From the NCBI RefSeq assembly GCF_000283555.1, contig NC_016012.1, positions 330,001 through 362,000 on the forward strand: DNA of 32,000 bases. The letters are read 5' to 3'. This DNA comes from Candidatus Arthromitus sp. SFB-rat-Yit (GTDB taxonomy: Bacteria; Bacillota; Clostridia; Clostridiales; Clostridiaceae). A model generated the notes under the pieces. The model worked only from the letters and a program-made list of their open reading frames with translations, did no database searches and was not told the DNA's origin. Made by a program: the position numbers and the translations under genes. Shown one piece after another: positions 9,282-19,276 of the stretch (positions are counted from its first letter, which is position 1; each line of letters opens with the position of its first letter).

Positions 9282-9656
9282 ATGATTACATCATTAAACA
9301 CAAAAGTAGATTTAACAATAAAAGGGGTATCTTACATTAACGTTCCTAGTTATGGGAATATTATGATTGGGAATAAATCGTTTGAATTTTATAATGAAAG
9401 GAACGTTAAGGATAATATACAGATTCCTTGGGGAGAGATAAGTCACATAGTTGCGTCTGTAAAATTTAATGGTAAATGGATACCGAGATTTATCATTGTA
9501 ACTCGTAAAAATGGTATGTTTACTTTTTCATCAAGGAACAATAGGTTGCTTTTGAGAGAAATCAGTAAGTATGTTGACAAAGATCATATGTTTAGATCTC
9601 TTGGATTTTTCAAATCTGTGATTAGTGGTTTTAAAAAAGTATTTAAAAAGAAATAG
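9282..9656 (+). CDS. manO: DUF956-family protein (ManO-like, last gene of Firmicute man operons)
   Basis: 124 aa. Its position immediately after EIID and its size match the DUF956/ManO family. Confidence 0.7.
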   Translation: MITSLNTKVDLTIKGVSYINVPSYGNIMIGNKSFEFYNERNVKDNIQIPWGEISHIVASVKFNGKWIPRFIIVTRKNGMFTFSSRNNRLLLREISKYVDKDHMFRSLGFFKSVISGFKKVFKKK

Positions 9657-9686
9657 GAACTGTGTATTAACACAGTTCCTATTTTA
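9655..9686. terminator. Bidirectional terminator between the man operon and the convergent lipoprotein gene
   Basis: 10-bp stem AGGAACTGTG / CACAGTTCCT, loop TATTAA, with an A-run upstream and a T-run downstream. Confidence 0.8.
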
Positions 9687-10187
9687 ATTATGGGTATATT
9701 TAATTAAATGATCTATAATATTAAATAAATTAACCCTGGTATGTAAATTGGATATATTTATTAAATCTGGTTCATACGATCCATCCCATGGATAAATGAT
9801 AATATATTTATCATTCAATATGTCTATAATAAAAGTGCTTTTTTCATTTGAATATACTGTGAGTCTATACTCTGGATTTTCTATGTTTATATCAGATGTT
9901 GAGTAATCTAAAAAGTAATCAGTTTTTAATGAGTTTAGGAATAAATTAATATTTTCCATATATTCTTTGGGAACTGTTTTATTTTTGCCAAGTTTAGAGT
10001 AGAAGATTGAAATTGTTAAATCATCAGAATTATTTATGGTTTTGATTAAGATATTAGTATAGTAATTTTTTGATGGTTTTATAATTTTTAAAGGAGATTT
10101 TAGAGTAGTTATAAAATTTGAGTTACAGCTTAGGGTGAATAGAGGAAACAATAAACATATTAATAAAAATTTAAAATATTTAATCAT
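9684..10187 (-). CDS. Lipoprotein of unknown function
   Basis: The ORF is open to 10250, but the ATG at 10187 is preceded by AGAGGT. That start gives MIKYFKFLLICLLFPLFTLSC, with lipobox LSC. I recognised no family. Confidence 0.6.
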   Translation of the reverse strand: MIKYFKFLLICLLFPLFTLSCNSNFITTLKSPLKIIKPSKNYYTNILIKTINNSDDLTISIFYSKLGKNKTVPKEYMENINLFLNSLKTDYFLDYSTSDINIENPEYRLTVYSNEKSTFIIDILNDKYIIIYPWDGSYEPDLINISNLHTRVNLFNIIDHLIKYTHN

Positions 10188-10281
10188 AATTTTACCTCTA
10201 ATATTTTTAATTATATTAAGTATTTCTTTTATTCTAAAGTTATGTTTCAAAAAAAATATTATGATAAAAATATATAAATTA

Positions 10282-10310
10282 TTGAAAAATAATAATTATT
10301 GTGATATAAT
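10282..10310 (+). promoter_or_regulatory. Near-consensus sigma-A promoter for tRNA-Leu
   Basis: TTGAAA (10282-10287), 17-nt spacer ending in TGA (extended -10), TATAAT (10305-10310), about 20 nt before the tRNA. Confidence 0.7.
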
Positions 10311-10329
10311 CAGTTGTGTTATTTAGTAT

Positions 10330-10412
10330 GCCGCTGTGGCGGAACTGGCAGACGCATACGACTCAAAATCGTACGGGAAACCATATGGGTTCGAGTCCCA
10401 TCAGCGGTACCA
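10330..10412 (+). tRNA. tRNA-Leu (anticodon CAA), type II with long variable arm, encoded CCA
   Basis: Acceptor GCCGCTG/CAGCGGT (G1-U72 wobble). Anticodon stem TACGA/TCGTA with loop CTCAAAA. T-arm ATGGG-TTCGAGT-CCCAT. 3' ACCA. Confidence 0.9.
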
Positions 10413-10420
10413 TAGTTAAA

Positions 10421-10457
10421 AGAGAAGACTACTTTGATAGGGTCTTCTCTTTTTTTA
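10421..10457 (+). terminator. Terminator after tRNA-Leu, overlapping the 3' end of the convergent TetR gene
   Basis: 9-bp stem AGAGAAGAC / GTCTTCTCT, 12-nt loop, then TTTTTTT. Confidence 0.7.
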
Positions 10458-11019
10458 TGTAATTATCTATTTTTGTAAATATATTGTTTGTTAACATGTC
10501 CTCCAGTAAATTAGCCATTTCTAACGAAGTCATTTCTGATTGATTTCTGATCCATCTACTTATAACTGAAATTATTGCAGATAAATAAAAATCCAGTATA
10601 TATTCAGCTCTAATATTATTTTTAGGAAGATTAAATGTATCCATGCATGAATTAAATAGTTCCTTTTTTAATCGATCTTTAAAATGAGCACTATTTTGGT
10701 TGCTGAGGAGAACTTTTATATATGATTCCCAATTTTCGTAAATATTTAAAAATGTATTTATAAATTGCTTGCTAGGGTTTTCTTTTTTTATATCTATTAT
10801 AATGTTTTGTTTAACATAGCGTATGCTCGAGTTTTCTATGTGATCTAAAACATCGTAGATGTCGCTGAAGTAATTATAAAATGTAGTTCTGTTATATCCA
10901 GCAGTATCTGTTAATTCACGTATTGAAATTTTCTCTATTGGTTTTTTCATATAGAGTTTACAAAAAGAAATTATAAATGAATTTTTTGTTTCGTTAGTTA
11001 CATCCTGTTGTTTTTTCAT
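10429..11019 (-). CDS. TetR/AcrR-family transcriptional regulator
   Basis: 196 aa. The N-terminal HTH is ISIRELTDTAGYNRTTFYNYFSDIYDVL. It is divergent from the oleate hydratase gene. Confidence 0.85.
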   Translation of the reverse strand: MKKQQDVTNETKNSFIISFCKLYMKKPIEKISIRELTDTAGYNRTTFYNYFSDIYDVLDHIENSSIRYVKQNIIIDIKKENPSKQFINTFLNIYENWESYIKVLLSNQNSAHFKDRLKKELFNSCMDTFNLPKNNIRAEYILDFYLSAIISVISRWIRNQSEMTSLEMANLLEDMLTNNIFTKIDNYIKKEKTLSK

Positions 11020-11047
11020 ATTATATTCCTCCTTAAGTTTTAAACAA

Positions 11048-11067
11048 AATGGACATGATTGTCCATT
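11048..11067. promoter_or_regulatory. Inverted repeat, candidate TetR operator
   Basis: AATGGACA-tgat-TGTCCATT has perfect 8-bp arms. The right arm overlaps a possible -35 (TTGTCC 11059-11064, 17 nt, GATAAT 11082-11087) facing the hydratase gene. Confidence 0.5.
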
Positions 11068-11137
11068 GATGAGATTAGGCTGATAATGTAATAATTATAT
11101 ATAATTAATTATGTAATTAACAGGAGGTTACAAAGTA

Positions 11138-12913
11138 ATGTATTATTCAAGTGGAAATTATGAGGCATTTGCAAGGCCTATTAAACCTGAGGGTGTTGAT
11201 AATAAATCTGCGTATCTTATTGGATCGGGTCTTGCATCTTTAGTAGCTGCATTTTATCTTGTTCGTGATGCTCAAATGAAAGGAGAAAATATCCATATAC
11301 TTGAAAAAGATCCAATTCCTGGAGGAGCGTGTGATGGATTCGATTATAAAGGTATTGGATATGTAATGAGAGGAGGACGTGAAATAGATAATCATTATGA
11401 AATACTTTGGGATGTATTTAGATCCGTACCTTCTATTGAGATTGAAGGAGCATCAGTTCTAGATGAGTTCTATTGGCTTGATAAGAAAGATCCAAATTAT
11501 TCTTTGAGACGTGCTACCGTAAATAGAGGTGAAGACGCAAAAATGGAGAATAAATTTGGATTATCAGATAAGGCATCATTACAAATAATGAAATTATTTT
11601 TTACTCCAGACGAAGACTTATACGATAAACCTATAACTGATTATTTTGATGATGAGGTTTTAAAATCTAATTTTTGGTTATATTGGAGAACTATGTTTGC
11701 ATTTCAAAACTGGCATAGTGCATTAGAGATGAAATTATATATAAAGAGATTTATACATCATATAGGAGGAATGCCAGATTTTAAAGCTGTAAGATTTACT
11801 AGGCGTAATCAATATGAATCAATGATTCTTCCTCTTATCAAATATTTGGAGTCTCATAATGTTGATTTTCAATATAATACTAAGGTAGTTGATGTTGAAT
11901 TTGATATTCAGCCGCACAAAAAGCAAGCAACTTCGATAAAAATATTGAGAGATGGTAATGAAGAAGAAATAAAATTAACTGAAAATGATTTATTGTTTAT
12001 AACAAACGGTGGATGTGTTGAAAATTCATCAATTGGTTCTCAAAATACTCCAGCAGTACTTAATTCTGAGATTAAAGAAGGTGGTGGCTGGGATATGTGG
12101 AGAAGAATCTCAGTTAAAGATCCATCATTTGGTAATCCTGATAAATTTTGTTATGATGCTGAAAAAAGTAACTGGATGAGTGCAACAGTTACAGTACTTG
12201 ATGATAAAATTGTTCCTTATATAAGAAATATTTGTCAACGTGATCCATTTTCAGGAAGAGTTGTAACAGGAGGAATTGTTACTGTAAAAGACTCTAAATG
12301 GTTACTTAGTTGGACATTTAATCGTCAACCTCAATTTAGAGAACAACCTAAGGGTCAATTAGTTGGGTGGATTTATGGACTATTTAGTGATGTAGCTGGA
12401 GATTATGTAAAGAAACCTATGAGAGATTGTACTGGTAAAGAAATTTGTATGGAGTGGTTATATCATTTAGGTGTTCCTGAAGATCAAATAGAGGATTTAG
12501 CTGAGAATCATGCTAATACTGTTCCTTGTATGATGCCTTATATTACTGCATTTTTCATGCCAAGATCTAAAGGAGATAGGCCTAATGTTGTACCAACGGG
12601 ATCTGTAAACTTTGCATTTATTGGACAATTTGCTGAAACTGAAAGAGATACAATTTTTACGATAGAGTATTCAGCAAGAACTGGTATGGAATCTGTATAT
12701 ACTTTATTAAATGTTGACCGTGGGGTTCCAGAAGTTTGGGGAAGTACCTTTGATATAAGAGATTTAGTAAATGCAACTTATTGTATGAGAGATGGTAAGA
12801 AGATTACAGATATGAAATTGGGATTTAAGGAAAATATCGCATTAAAGGAATTACTTAAGAAGATATCTGGAACTGATGTTGAGAAGTTGTTGAAAGAATA
12901 TAAATTAATATAG
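11138..12913 (+). CDS. ohyA: Oleate hydratase (MCRA / fatty-acid double-bond hydratase, FAD-dependent)
   Basis: 591 aa. MYYSSGNYEAFARP...KSAYLIGSGLASLVAAFYLVRDA (FAD fold) and the overall length are characteristic of the family. Confidence 0.9.
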   Translation: MYYSSGNYEAFARPIKPEGVDNKSAYLIGSGLASLVAAFYLVRDAQMKGENIHILEKDPIPGGACDGFDYKGIGYVMRGGREIDNHYEILWDVFRSVPSIEIEGASVLDEFYWLDKKDPNYSLRRATVNRGEDAKMENKFGLSDKASLQIMKLFFTPDEDLYDKPITDYFDDEVLKSNFWLYWRTMFAFQNWHSALEMKLYIKRFIHHIGGMPDFKAVRFTRRNQYESMILPLIKYLESHNVDFQYNTKVVDVEFDIQPHKKQATSIKILRDGNEEEIKLTENDLLFITNGGCVENSSIGSQNTPAVLNSEIKEGGGWDMWRRISVKDPSFGNPDKFCYDAEKSNWMSATVTVLDDKIVPYIRNICQRDPFSGRVVTGGIVTVKDSKWLLSWTFNRQPQFREQPKGQLVGWIYGLFSDVAGDYVKKPMRDCTGKEICMEWLYHLGVPEDQIEDLAENHANTVPCMMPYITAFFMPRSKGDRPNVVPTGSVNFAFIGQFAETERDTIFTIEYSARTGMESVYTLLNVDRGVPEVWGSTFDIRDLVNATYCMRDGKKITDMKLGFKENIALKELLKKISGTDVEKLLKEYKLI

Positions 12914-12926
12914 AACATATATTCTG

Positions 12927-12956
12927 GGTAGTACTTATGTGCTACCTTTTTTATTT
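12927..12956 (+). terminator. Terminator after the oleate hydratase gene
   Basis: Stem GGTAGTAC / GTGCTACC (one G-U pair), loop TTAT, then TTTTTTATTTT. Confidence 0.7.
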
Positions 12957-13054
12957 TAAGATTGGAAATATATTGAAAACTATTGATTTATGTTTAAAAA
13001 TAATTAAAGATATATGTAATATTAATTATAAAAATAAAGATTGAGGTATTTTGC

Positions 13055-14056
13055 ATGAAGAACATATTGGTTACAGGTGCTACTGGTTTTATTGGTAGTC
13101 ATACAAGTGTTGAACTTCTAGAAAATGGGTATAATGTAATAGGTATAGATAATTTATATAATTCATATAAAGATGTCTTATTAAAAATAGAGAAGATTAC
13201 GAAAAAAAGTATCAAGTTTTATGAAGGGGATATTTTAGATTATACTCTTTTAAAAAAAATATTTAAGGAAAATAGAATAGATTGTGTTATACATTTTGCA
13301 GCACTTAAGGCTGTAGGAGAGTCTGTTGAAAAACCTATGGAATATTATTATAATAATGTTTCGGGAACTTTAAACGTTTTAAATTGCATGAAAGAATTTG
13401 ATTGTAAGAATTTTATTTATTCATCTTCTGCAACTGTGTATGATAAGGATAATTCTATTCCTTATTTAGAGAATTATAAAAAATCTGCAACAAGTCCTTA
13501 TGGATATACAAAAATTATGATTGAACAAGTATTAAATGATATTTATGTAGCCGATAACGATTTTAGTTGTGTTATGCTTAGGTATTTTAATCCAATTGGA
13601 GCTCATAAGAGTGCTTTAATAGGAGAAAATCCAAAAGGTATACCAAATAATTTGATGCCTTATATATGCGATGTTGCGATGTCTAAGAGGAAATTTTTGA
13701 ATGTATTTGGAAATGATTATGATACTATAGATGGAACAGGTGTTCGTGATTATGTTCATGTTGTTGATGTAGCTAAGGGTCATGTGGAAGCTATGAAATA
13801 TGTTTTAGTATCGAGAGGGAACATAGGCATTAATTTGGGTACAGGAAAGGGAACAAGTGTTCTTGAGCTTGTTAAGTGTTTTGAAAAAGTTAGTGGTAAG
13901 AAAATAAATTTTAAAATATGCCCAAGGAGAGATGGTGATATTGGAGAATTTTATGCAGATACAAATAAGGCTAAGGAAATTTTAGGGTGGGAATCTAAAT
14001 TTGATATAGAGGATATGTGTTTAGATTCATGGAATTATATTAGATTTAATACTTAG
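13055..14056 (+). CDS. galE: UDP-glucose 4-epimerase
   Basis: 333 aa. Rossmann motif VTGATGFIGSH, catalytic YGYTK and RYFNPIGAH are typical of GalE. Confidence 0.9.
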   Translation: MKNILVTGATGFIGSHTSVELLENGYNVIGIDNLYNSYKDVLLKIEKITKKSIKFYEGDILDYTLLKKIFKENRIDCVIHFAALKAVGESVEKPMEYYYNNVSGTLNVLNCMKEFDCKNFIYSSSATVYDKDNSIPYLENYKKSATSPYGYTKIMIEQVLNDIYVADNDFSCVMLRYFNPIGAHKSALIGENPKGIPNNLMPYICDVAMSKRKFLNVFGNDYDTIDGTGVRDYVHVVDVAKGHVEAMKYVLVSRGNIGINLGTGKGTSVLELVKCFEKVSGKKINFKICPRRDGDIGEFYADTNKAKEILGWESKFDIEDMCLDSWNYIRFNT

Positions 14057-14107
14057 TTTAGATATGATTTTATAATTAAGTTAAAACTATTTTAGAGGAG
14101 GAAAAAA

Positions 14108-15166
14108 TTGGATAATATAAATAAAAAGAAGGAATTTATTATTAAATTTATATATTTTTTAATAATATTAGGTATTATATTTTTCATATTTAAATATGCT
14201 CTACCACTATTATCTCCATTTATTTTTGCATTTTTAATTTCTATGGCTCTAAAAAGGCCAGTTGATTATATATCAACTAAGTTTAAAATAAATAGGAAAA
14301 TTATCGGTGTCATAATGTTATTATTTGTATATATATTCATTTGTATAATATTAATATTTTTTGGAACTAAAATATTTCAGTATATTGGAGGTATTTTCCA
14401 AAAATTACCTGATATATATACGTTTAACGTAGAGCCTGCACTGAATATTATCATATATAAAATACAAGATATAATACCTGATATAGCTAATTTCATTAAT
14501 TTAGAGGATATAAATAAATATATAATGAATATTGTTAATTTAATCTCTTTATCAGCGGTTGATGCAATTACATCTATTGCAACCAAGATACCATCTTTTT
14601 TGGTAAAATTTATTTTTGCAATAATCTCATCGTTTTTATTTACTTTAGATTATTATAGATTTACTGGATTTGTAATGAGGCAATTCCCAGAGCGTATACA
14701 GCATATAATTTTAAATATAAAAAGAAATATTTTTGGTACTATATTTAGACTTATAAAGGCTTATTCTATATTATTGACGTTAACATTTATTGAGCTTAGT
14801 ATAGGGCTTATTATTTTTAATATACCAAATGCTATATTACTTGCAATTGTCATAGCGATTTTAGATATTTTACCGGCGATCGGAGTTGGAGGTATACTTA
14901 TACCTTGGGCTGTAATTGAATTGATGAAAGGAAATTATAATTTAGCAATAGGATTAATTGTTATTTATGCAATTATTACAATAATTAGATATATATTAGA
15001 GCCTAAAATTGTCGGCAACCAAATAGGACTTAATCCAATTGTTACTATTATAAGTATGTTTCTCGGAGCACAATTGCTTGGATTTTTAGGTATATTTATT
15101 CTTCCTATAATTGTAACGATTATAAAATATTTAAATGACACTGGAACAATTAAAGTATTTAAGTAA
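14108..15166 (+). CDS. ytvI: AI-2E/PerM-family membrane protein, YtvI-like (sporulation integral membrane protein type)
   Basis: 352 aa polytopic protein with TTG start after GAGGAGG. The C-terminal pattern ILDILPAIGVGGILIPWA...EPKIVGNQIGLNP is typical of this family. Confidence 0.7.
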   Translation: MDNINKKKEFIIKFIYFLIILGIIFFIFKYALPLLSPFIFAFLISMALKRPVDYISTKFKINRKIIGVIMLLFVYIFICIILIFFGTKIFQYIGGIFQKLPDIYTFNVEPALNIIIYKIQDIIPDIANFINLEDINKYIMNIVNLISLSAVDAITSIATKIPSFLVKFIFAIISSFLFTLDYYRFTGFVMRQFPERIQHIILNIKRNIFGTIFRLIKAYSILLTLTFIELSIGLIIFNIPNAILLAIVIAILDILPAIGVGGILIPWAVIELMKGNYNLAIGLIVIYAIITIIRYILEPKIVGNQIGLNPIVTIISMFLGAQLLGFLGIFILPIIVTIIKYLNDTGTIKVFK

Positions 15167-15203
15167 CTTTATTAATTTTAATTTTTATTAGGGGTGGTTA
15201 GTT

Positions 15204-15458
15204 TTGAATAAGGATGATTCTTTGCTATTTAAGATTTTCAATTTTAAAAAAACATGCACAAATGTTGATGGATTAATTGGGAAAACGGCATTAGTTACTA
15301 AAGACATTGATAATATTCAATCGACCGGAGAAGTACGTATTAATTATGATTATTGGGGAGCCATAAATTATGATGGAGATAAAATTATAACTAAAGGAAC
15401 TAAAGTTGAAATTTTAAATATAAAGGGAGTTAAACTTATAGTAAGAGAAATTAAATAA
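15204..15458 (+). CDS. NfeD-like OB-fold protein (C-terminal domain only)
   Basis: 84 aa, directly upstream of an SPFH gene, which is the classic NfeD-SPFH pairing. It has an OB-like GTKVEILNIKGVKLIV tail. Confidence 0.6.
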   Translation: MNKDDSLLFKIFNFKKTCTNVDGLIGKTALVTKDIDNIQSTGEVRINYDYWGAINYDGDKIITKGTKVEILNIKGVKLIVREIK

Positions 15459-15474
15459 GAAGGGGTTTTAAGAA

Positions 15475-16371
15475 GTGGCTTTAATGGTTACTATTTTATT
15501 ATTCATCGTTGTAGTAGCACTAATTTTTGGATGTGCGGTGGTAGTACCGCAGGCCTATATTTATGTAATTGAAAGATTTGGAGCATATTATAAAACTTTT
15601 GAGGTAGGTATACATTTTAGGATACCATTTATAGATAATATAGCTAAAAAAATATCAATTAAAGAGCAGGTAATAGATTTTGATCCTCAACCTGTGATAA
15701 CTAAAGATAATGTAACTATGATGATTGATACTGTGGTATTTTATCAAGTTACTGACCCTAAACTTTATGTATATGGAGTGGAGCATCCTATTTTAGCAAT
15801 AGAAAATTTATCTGTAACGACACTTAGGAATATAATAGGAGATCTCGAATTAGATGAAACTTTAACATCTAGAGATATTGTTAATGGTAAGATGAGATCT
15901 ATATTAGATCAAGCAACGGATTCTTGGGGAATAAAGATAAATAGAGTTGAGCTTAAAAATATAATACCACCACAAGAAATACAAGATTCTATGGAAAAAC
16001 AGATGAAGGCGGAACGTGAAAGAAGAGAGCTTATACTTAGAGCGGAAGGAGAAAAGAAGTCTGCAATACTAAGAGCGGAGGGAGAAAAGGATGCTGACAT
16101 TCTTAGGGCAGAGGGAAAAAAACAAGCTGCAATAAAGGAAGCAGAAGGTAAAGCAGAATCGATATTACGGATTCAAAAGTCACTTGCAGAGAGTATAAAA
16201 TATATGAATGAAGCAAATCCAAGCGATAAGGTATTATCACTTAAAGCATTAGAATCATTAGAAAAAGTTGCAGATGGAAAGGCAACAAAGATAATAATAC
16301 CTTCAGAGATTCAGAATATAGCTTCACTTACAACTTCTTTAGCAGAAATCTATAATTCGACAAAGGAATAA
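15475..16371 (+). CDS. SPFH/band-7 (stomatin/prohibitin-like) membrane protein
   Basis: 298 aa. N-terminal TM helix, an SPFH core (VIERFGAYYKT...TKDNV...) and a C-terminal ILRAEGEK coiled-coil repeat. Confidence 0.9.
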   Translation: MALMVTILLFIVVVALIFGCAVVVPQAYIYVIERFGAYYKTFEVGIHFRIPFIDNIAKKISIKEQVIDFDPQPVITKDNVTMMIDTVVFYQVTDPKLYVYGVEHPILAIENLSVTTLRNIIGDLELDETLTSRDIVNGKMRSILDQATDSWGIKINRVELKNIIPPQEIQDSMEKQMKAERERRELILRAEGEKKSAILRAEGEKDADILRAEGKKQAAIKEAEGKAESILRIQKSLAESIKYMNEANPSDKVLSLKALESLEKVADGKATKIIIPSEIQNIASLTTSLAEIYNSTKE

Positions 16372-16387
16372 TAAAGTGTATTAAGTG

Positions 16388-16422
16388 TCAGCCTATAATT
16401 TTTATAGGTTGATATTTTTTTT
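16388..16422 (+). terminator. Terminator after the SPFH gene
   Basis: 11-bp stem TCAGCCTATAA / TTATAGGTTGA (one G-U pair), 3-nt loop, then TATTTTTTTT. Confidence 0.75.
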
Positions 16423-16467
16423 GTAAAGTATTATATTTAGAGATATATTTGGAAATGAGGAATTATA

Positions 16468-17295
16468 TTGGACGATTTAAGAAATATTTTAAACGGAATA
16501 ATTTTAGGTATATCTAATATTATTCCTGGGGTTTCTGCGGGAACTATGTTAGTTATTTTAGGTATATATGATAAATTAATAAAATCTATATCGGGTATAT
16601 TTAAAAATTTTAAGAAGAACTTTAGGTTTTTGTTTTTCATAGGACTTGGAATGTTATTGGGTGTATTGCTTTTCAGTAATATTATATCTTATCTTTTAAG
16701 TAGATACCCTTGGCAGATGAATTATTTATTCATAGGACTTATTTTAGGCACGTTTGGTATTTTATTTAAGGCAGTCAAACAGTTTAATCCAAATAAATCA
16801 ACTTATATATTTTTTATAATAACTTTTTTGATTTTAGTGAGTATTAGGTTCGTTAAAGTACCTGAATATAGTCAAAATATTATAACTAATTTGAGCTTTG
16901 AAAATATCATTATAATTTTTATTAGCGGATTTATGGCATCGAGTGCAATGATAATTCCAGGATTAAGTGGATCGTTTATTTTAATAGTTTTTGGCATGTA
17001 TAATTCTGTTATAAAAGCTGTATCTGATCTTAATATTTTGATATTAATTCCATTTGGTATTGGAGTAGTATTAGGATTTTTATTTATGATTAGAGTAGTT
17101 GAGTATCTTTTGAGGGTTTTTGAAGTTCAAACATATATGGCTATACTTGGTTTTGTTGTGGGATCACTTATATTAATTTTTCCAGGATTCGAATTTTCGG
17201 TTGTAGGGTTAACGTGTATAGCATCTTTAATTGTTGGATTTTTAATATCTTATTTTATATGTAAGATTGATAAAGGTAAGGAGCATGCAAAATAA
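16468..17295 (+). CDS. DUF368-family membrane protein (family implicated in undecaprenyl-phosphate recycling)
   Basis: 275 aa with TTG start. It has duplicated IIPGVSAGTM / IIPGLSGSF motifs, characteristic of DUF368. Confidence 0.8.
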   Translation: MDDLRNILNGIILGISNIIPGVSAGTMLVILGIYDKLIKSISGIFKNFKKNFRFLFFIGLGMLLGVLLFSNIISYLLSRYPWQMNYLFIGLILGTFGILFKAVKQFNPNKSTYIFFIITFLILVSIRFVKVPEYSQNIITNLSFENIIIIFISGFMASSAMIIPGLSGSFILIVFGMYNSVIKAVSDLNILILIPFGIGVVLGFLFMIRVVEYLLRVFEVQTYMAILGFVVGSLILIFPGFEFSVVGLTCIASLIVGFLISYFICKIDKGKEHAK

Positions 17296-17324
17296 TTATA
17301 TAAATGAATTTATTTTAAAAATTT

Positions 17325-17360
17325 AAAAAGACTACGTCAATTAGAGGCGTAGTCTTTTTT
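17325..17360. terminator. Bidirectional terminator between the DUF368 and MFS genes
   Basis: AAAAAGACTACG ... CGTAGTCTTTTTT. The stem is GACTACG/CGTAGTC, flanked by an A-run and a T-run. It overlaps the MFS stop codon. Confidence 0.7.
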
Positions 17361-18516
17361 CTTTGAAGGATTTTAAAATTATAAATGATAATATTAGGCT
17401 TATCCCTACTAGTATAAAGGGCAGTTTAAACCATACGTTGAACAATAATCCGGAGAGAATTGAACCTAAAAATGATCCTATTGCTTTGAATCCATTTTGG
17501 AGTCCCAAGAGCTCGCTATGATTTTGATTTGAATTTTCGAGTAAAACTGATTGTATGGTAGGGGTTATTAGAGTTTGCGTTGCTATGAATATTAAAAGAA
17601 ATATGGAGGTTATATATTGATTTTTTGTAAGCATTGAGATTATTATGCTTGATCCACATAATAATATTGCAAACATATATATTGATTTTGAGTTAAATTT
17701 TTTTACAATAATAGGGATTATTAATAAATTTGTAATTATAGTAAATGCACCTGTTGATCCAAGTATAAGTCCGTTTATGCTTGTTGGTAGATTTAAAACA
17801 TCCTCAACGTAATAACTGATTGTAGATAAGTATCCTTGAATGGATAAGAAGGTTAAAATCATTATAATTAGTATTAAGTATGTGAATTTATTTGATTTTT
17901 TGATTTCTTTTAAGTATTTAAAGTTTAAGATTTTAAATTTAAATTTCAAATCATTATTTTTTATAGTATTGTCTTTAAAGAATATGATTATAAGAATTAT
18001 AGAGAATACACATATTATTATTTGAACAATGAAAGTTAATCTATAGTTGGTTACACCTAAATTTCCACCAATTAAGGATCCGATTATCATACCTAAACTA
18101 TTGGAAGCATTAAAGTAAGAAAACCTTTTTAACTTAAGATCATTTGGAGTTATGGATGATACATAGGACATACTTGATACAAAGTAACCTGCAATAAATA
18201 TTCCTGATATGATTCTTGCAATGAGTACATTTATGGAATTTGGGAAGAATCCAAATACTATTTGTCCTATAGTATATCCTATAAGAGATATTATCATAGG
18301 AATTTTTTTACCATATATGTTGCATATTACACCAAATGTTGGGGATGTGATAAATGTTGATAGATTAAAACATCCAGTGAGCAAACCAAAATAAAATGTA
18401 GGTAAATAATTTTCATTTATAAGTTTTGGAGTTACAGGGTGTGCCATGTTTAATGCTATGTATATAATCAAATTAAGTATAGAAATTTTTACAAACTGTT
18501 TGTTATATTTATCCAA
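17341..18516 (-). CDS. MFS transporter (12-TM type)
   Basis: 391 aa, TTG start 8 nt after AGGAGG. Hydrophobic throughout, with the MFS loop 2-3 style motif GVICNIYGKK. Confidence 0.8.
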   Translation of the reverse strand: MDKYNKQFVKISILNLIIYIALNMAHPVTPKLINENYLPTFYFGLLTGCFNLSTFITSPTFGVICNIYGKKIPMIISLIGYTIGQIVFGFFPNSINVLIARIISGIFIAGYFVSSMSYVSSITPNDLKLKRFSYFNASNSLGMIIGSLIGGNLGVTNYRLTFIVQIIICVFSIILIIIFFKDNTIKNNDLKFKFKILNFKYLKEIKKSNKFTYLILIIMILTFLSIQGYLSTISYYVEDVLNLPTSINGLILGSTGAFTIITNLLIIPIIVKKFNSKSIYMFAILLCGSSIIISMLTKNQYITSIFLLIFIATQTLITPTIQSVLLENSNQNHSELLGLQNGFKAIGSFLGSILSGLLFNVWFKLPFILVGISLILSFIILKSFKEKRLRL

Positions 18517-18775
18517 TCGTGATTCCTCCTAAAATAATTATGGAAGTTATTATATATTATCATAAAAAAATTGATAACTATATGATTTTAGGAGTAATAT
18601 ATTTTTAAAAAATTTTTTTAAAAAGTAAAACTAATTAGTGGTTATCCTTATTTAAATATAGGATATATGCATTTACAATATATGTATATATGATGTAATA
18701 TCATTGGAAGTAGAGGTTTTGATTAATATTTATAGAAATGCGAAAAATTATAGAAAAATATGGAGGTTAATTTAA

Positions 18776-19222
18776 ATGATAGTTTCGTATCCTGCAGTAT
18801 TTTATAAGCTTGAAGATGGGGCTTATAGTGTAGCATTTCCTGATTTTGGAGTTGCAACACATGGAGAAGATTTGGAAGATGCTACAAGAATGGCAATTGA
18901 ATGCTTAGCATCTCGAATAAAATGTCTTAAAGAATACGATGAAGAAATTCCAAAACCAACTTTAGATTTAAATTTAGTTGAGGTTGATGAGAAGGACGGA
19001 GAGGATGATTATATAGAAGCAACTAAGCAAATAATAACAGTTGATGTAGAAGAGTATGCTAGAAAGCATTTTGATAAATCAGTAAAGAAAAATTTAACTA
19101 TACCTAAGTGGATGAATGACTTAGCTTTAGAATTAAATATAAATTTTTCTAAGACGTTACAAGATGCTTTATTAGATGAGATTAATCGTAAAAGAAGAGA
19201 AATTGCGATTGATGAAGAATAG
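18776..19222 (+). CDS. HicB-like antitoxin-family protein (N-terminal HicB fold + C-terminal RHH-like segment), no HicA partner seen
   Basis: 148 aa. MIVSYPAVFYKLEDGAYSVAFPDFGVATHGEDLEDATRMAIECLA matches the HicB_lk pattern. The C-terminal NLTIPKWMNDLALELNINFSKTLQDALL resembles a ribbon-helix-helix. Confidence 0.65.
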   Translation: MIVSYPAVFYKLEDGAYSVAFPDFGVATHGEDLEDATRMAIECLASRIKCLKEYDEEIPKPTLDLNLVEVDEKDGEDDYIEATKQIITVDVEEYARKHFDKSVKKNLTIPKWMNDLALELNINFSKTLQDALLDEINRKRREIAIDEE

Positions 19223-19276
19223 TATGTTGTTAAAAATGATAATAGATAATTTAATGGAATAAAAAAATTTGGGTGA

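Noticed and set aside
16030-16170. Apparent ~33-nt tandem repeats encoding ILRAEGEK three to four times.
   Set aside because: This is the conserved C-terminal coiled-coil repeat of SPFH/stomatin-type proteins, not a mobile or hypervariable DNA repeat.
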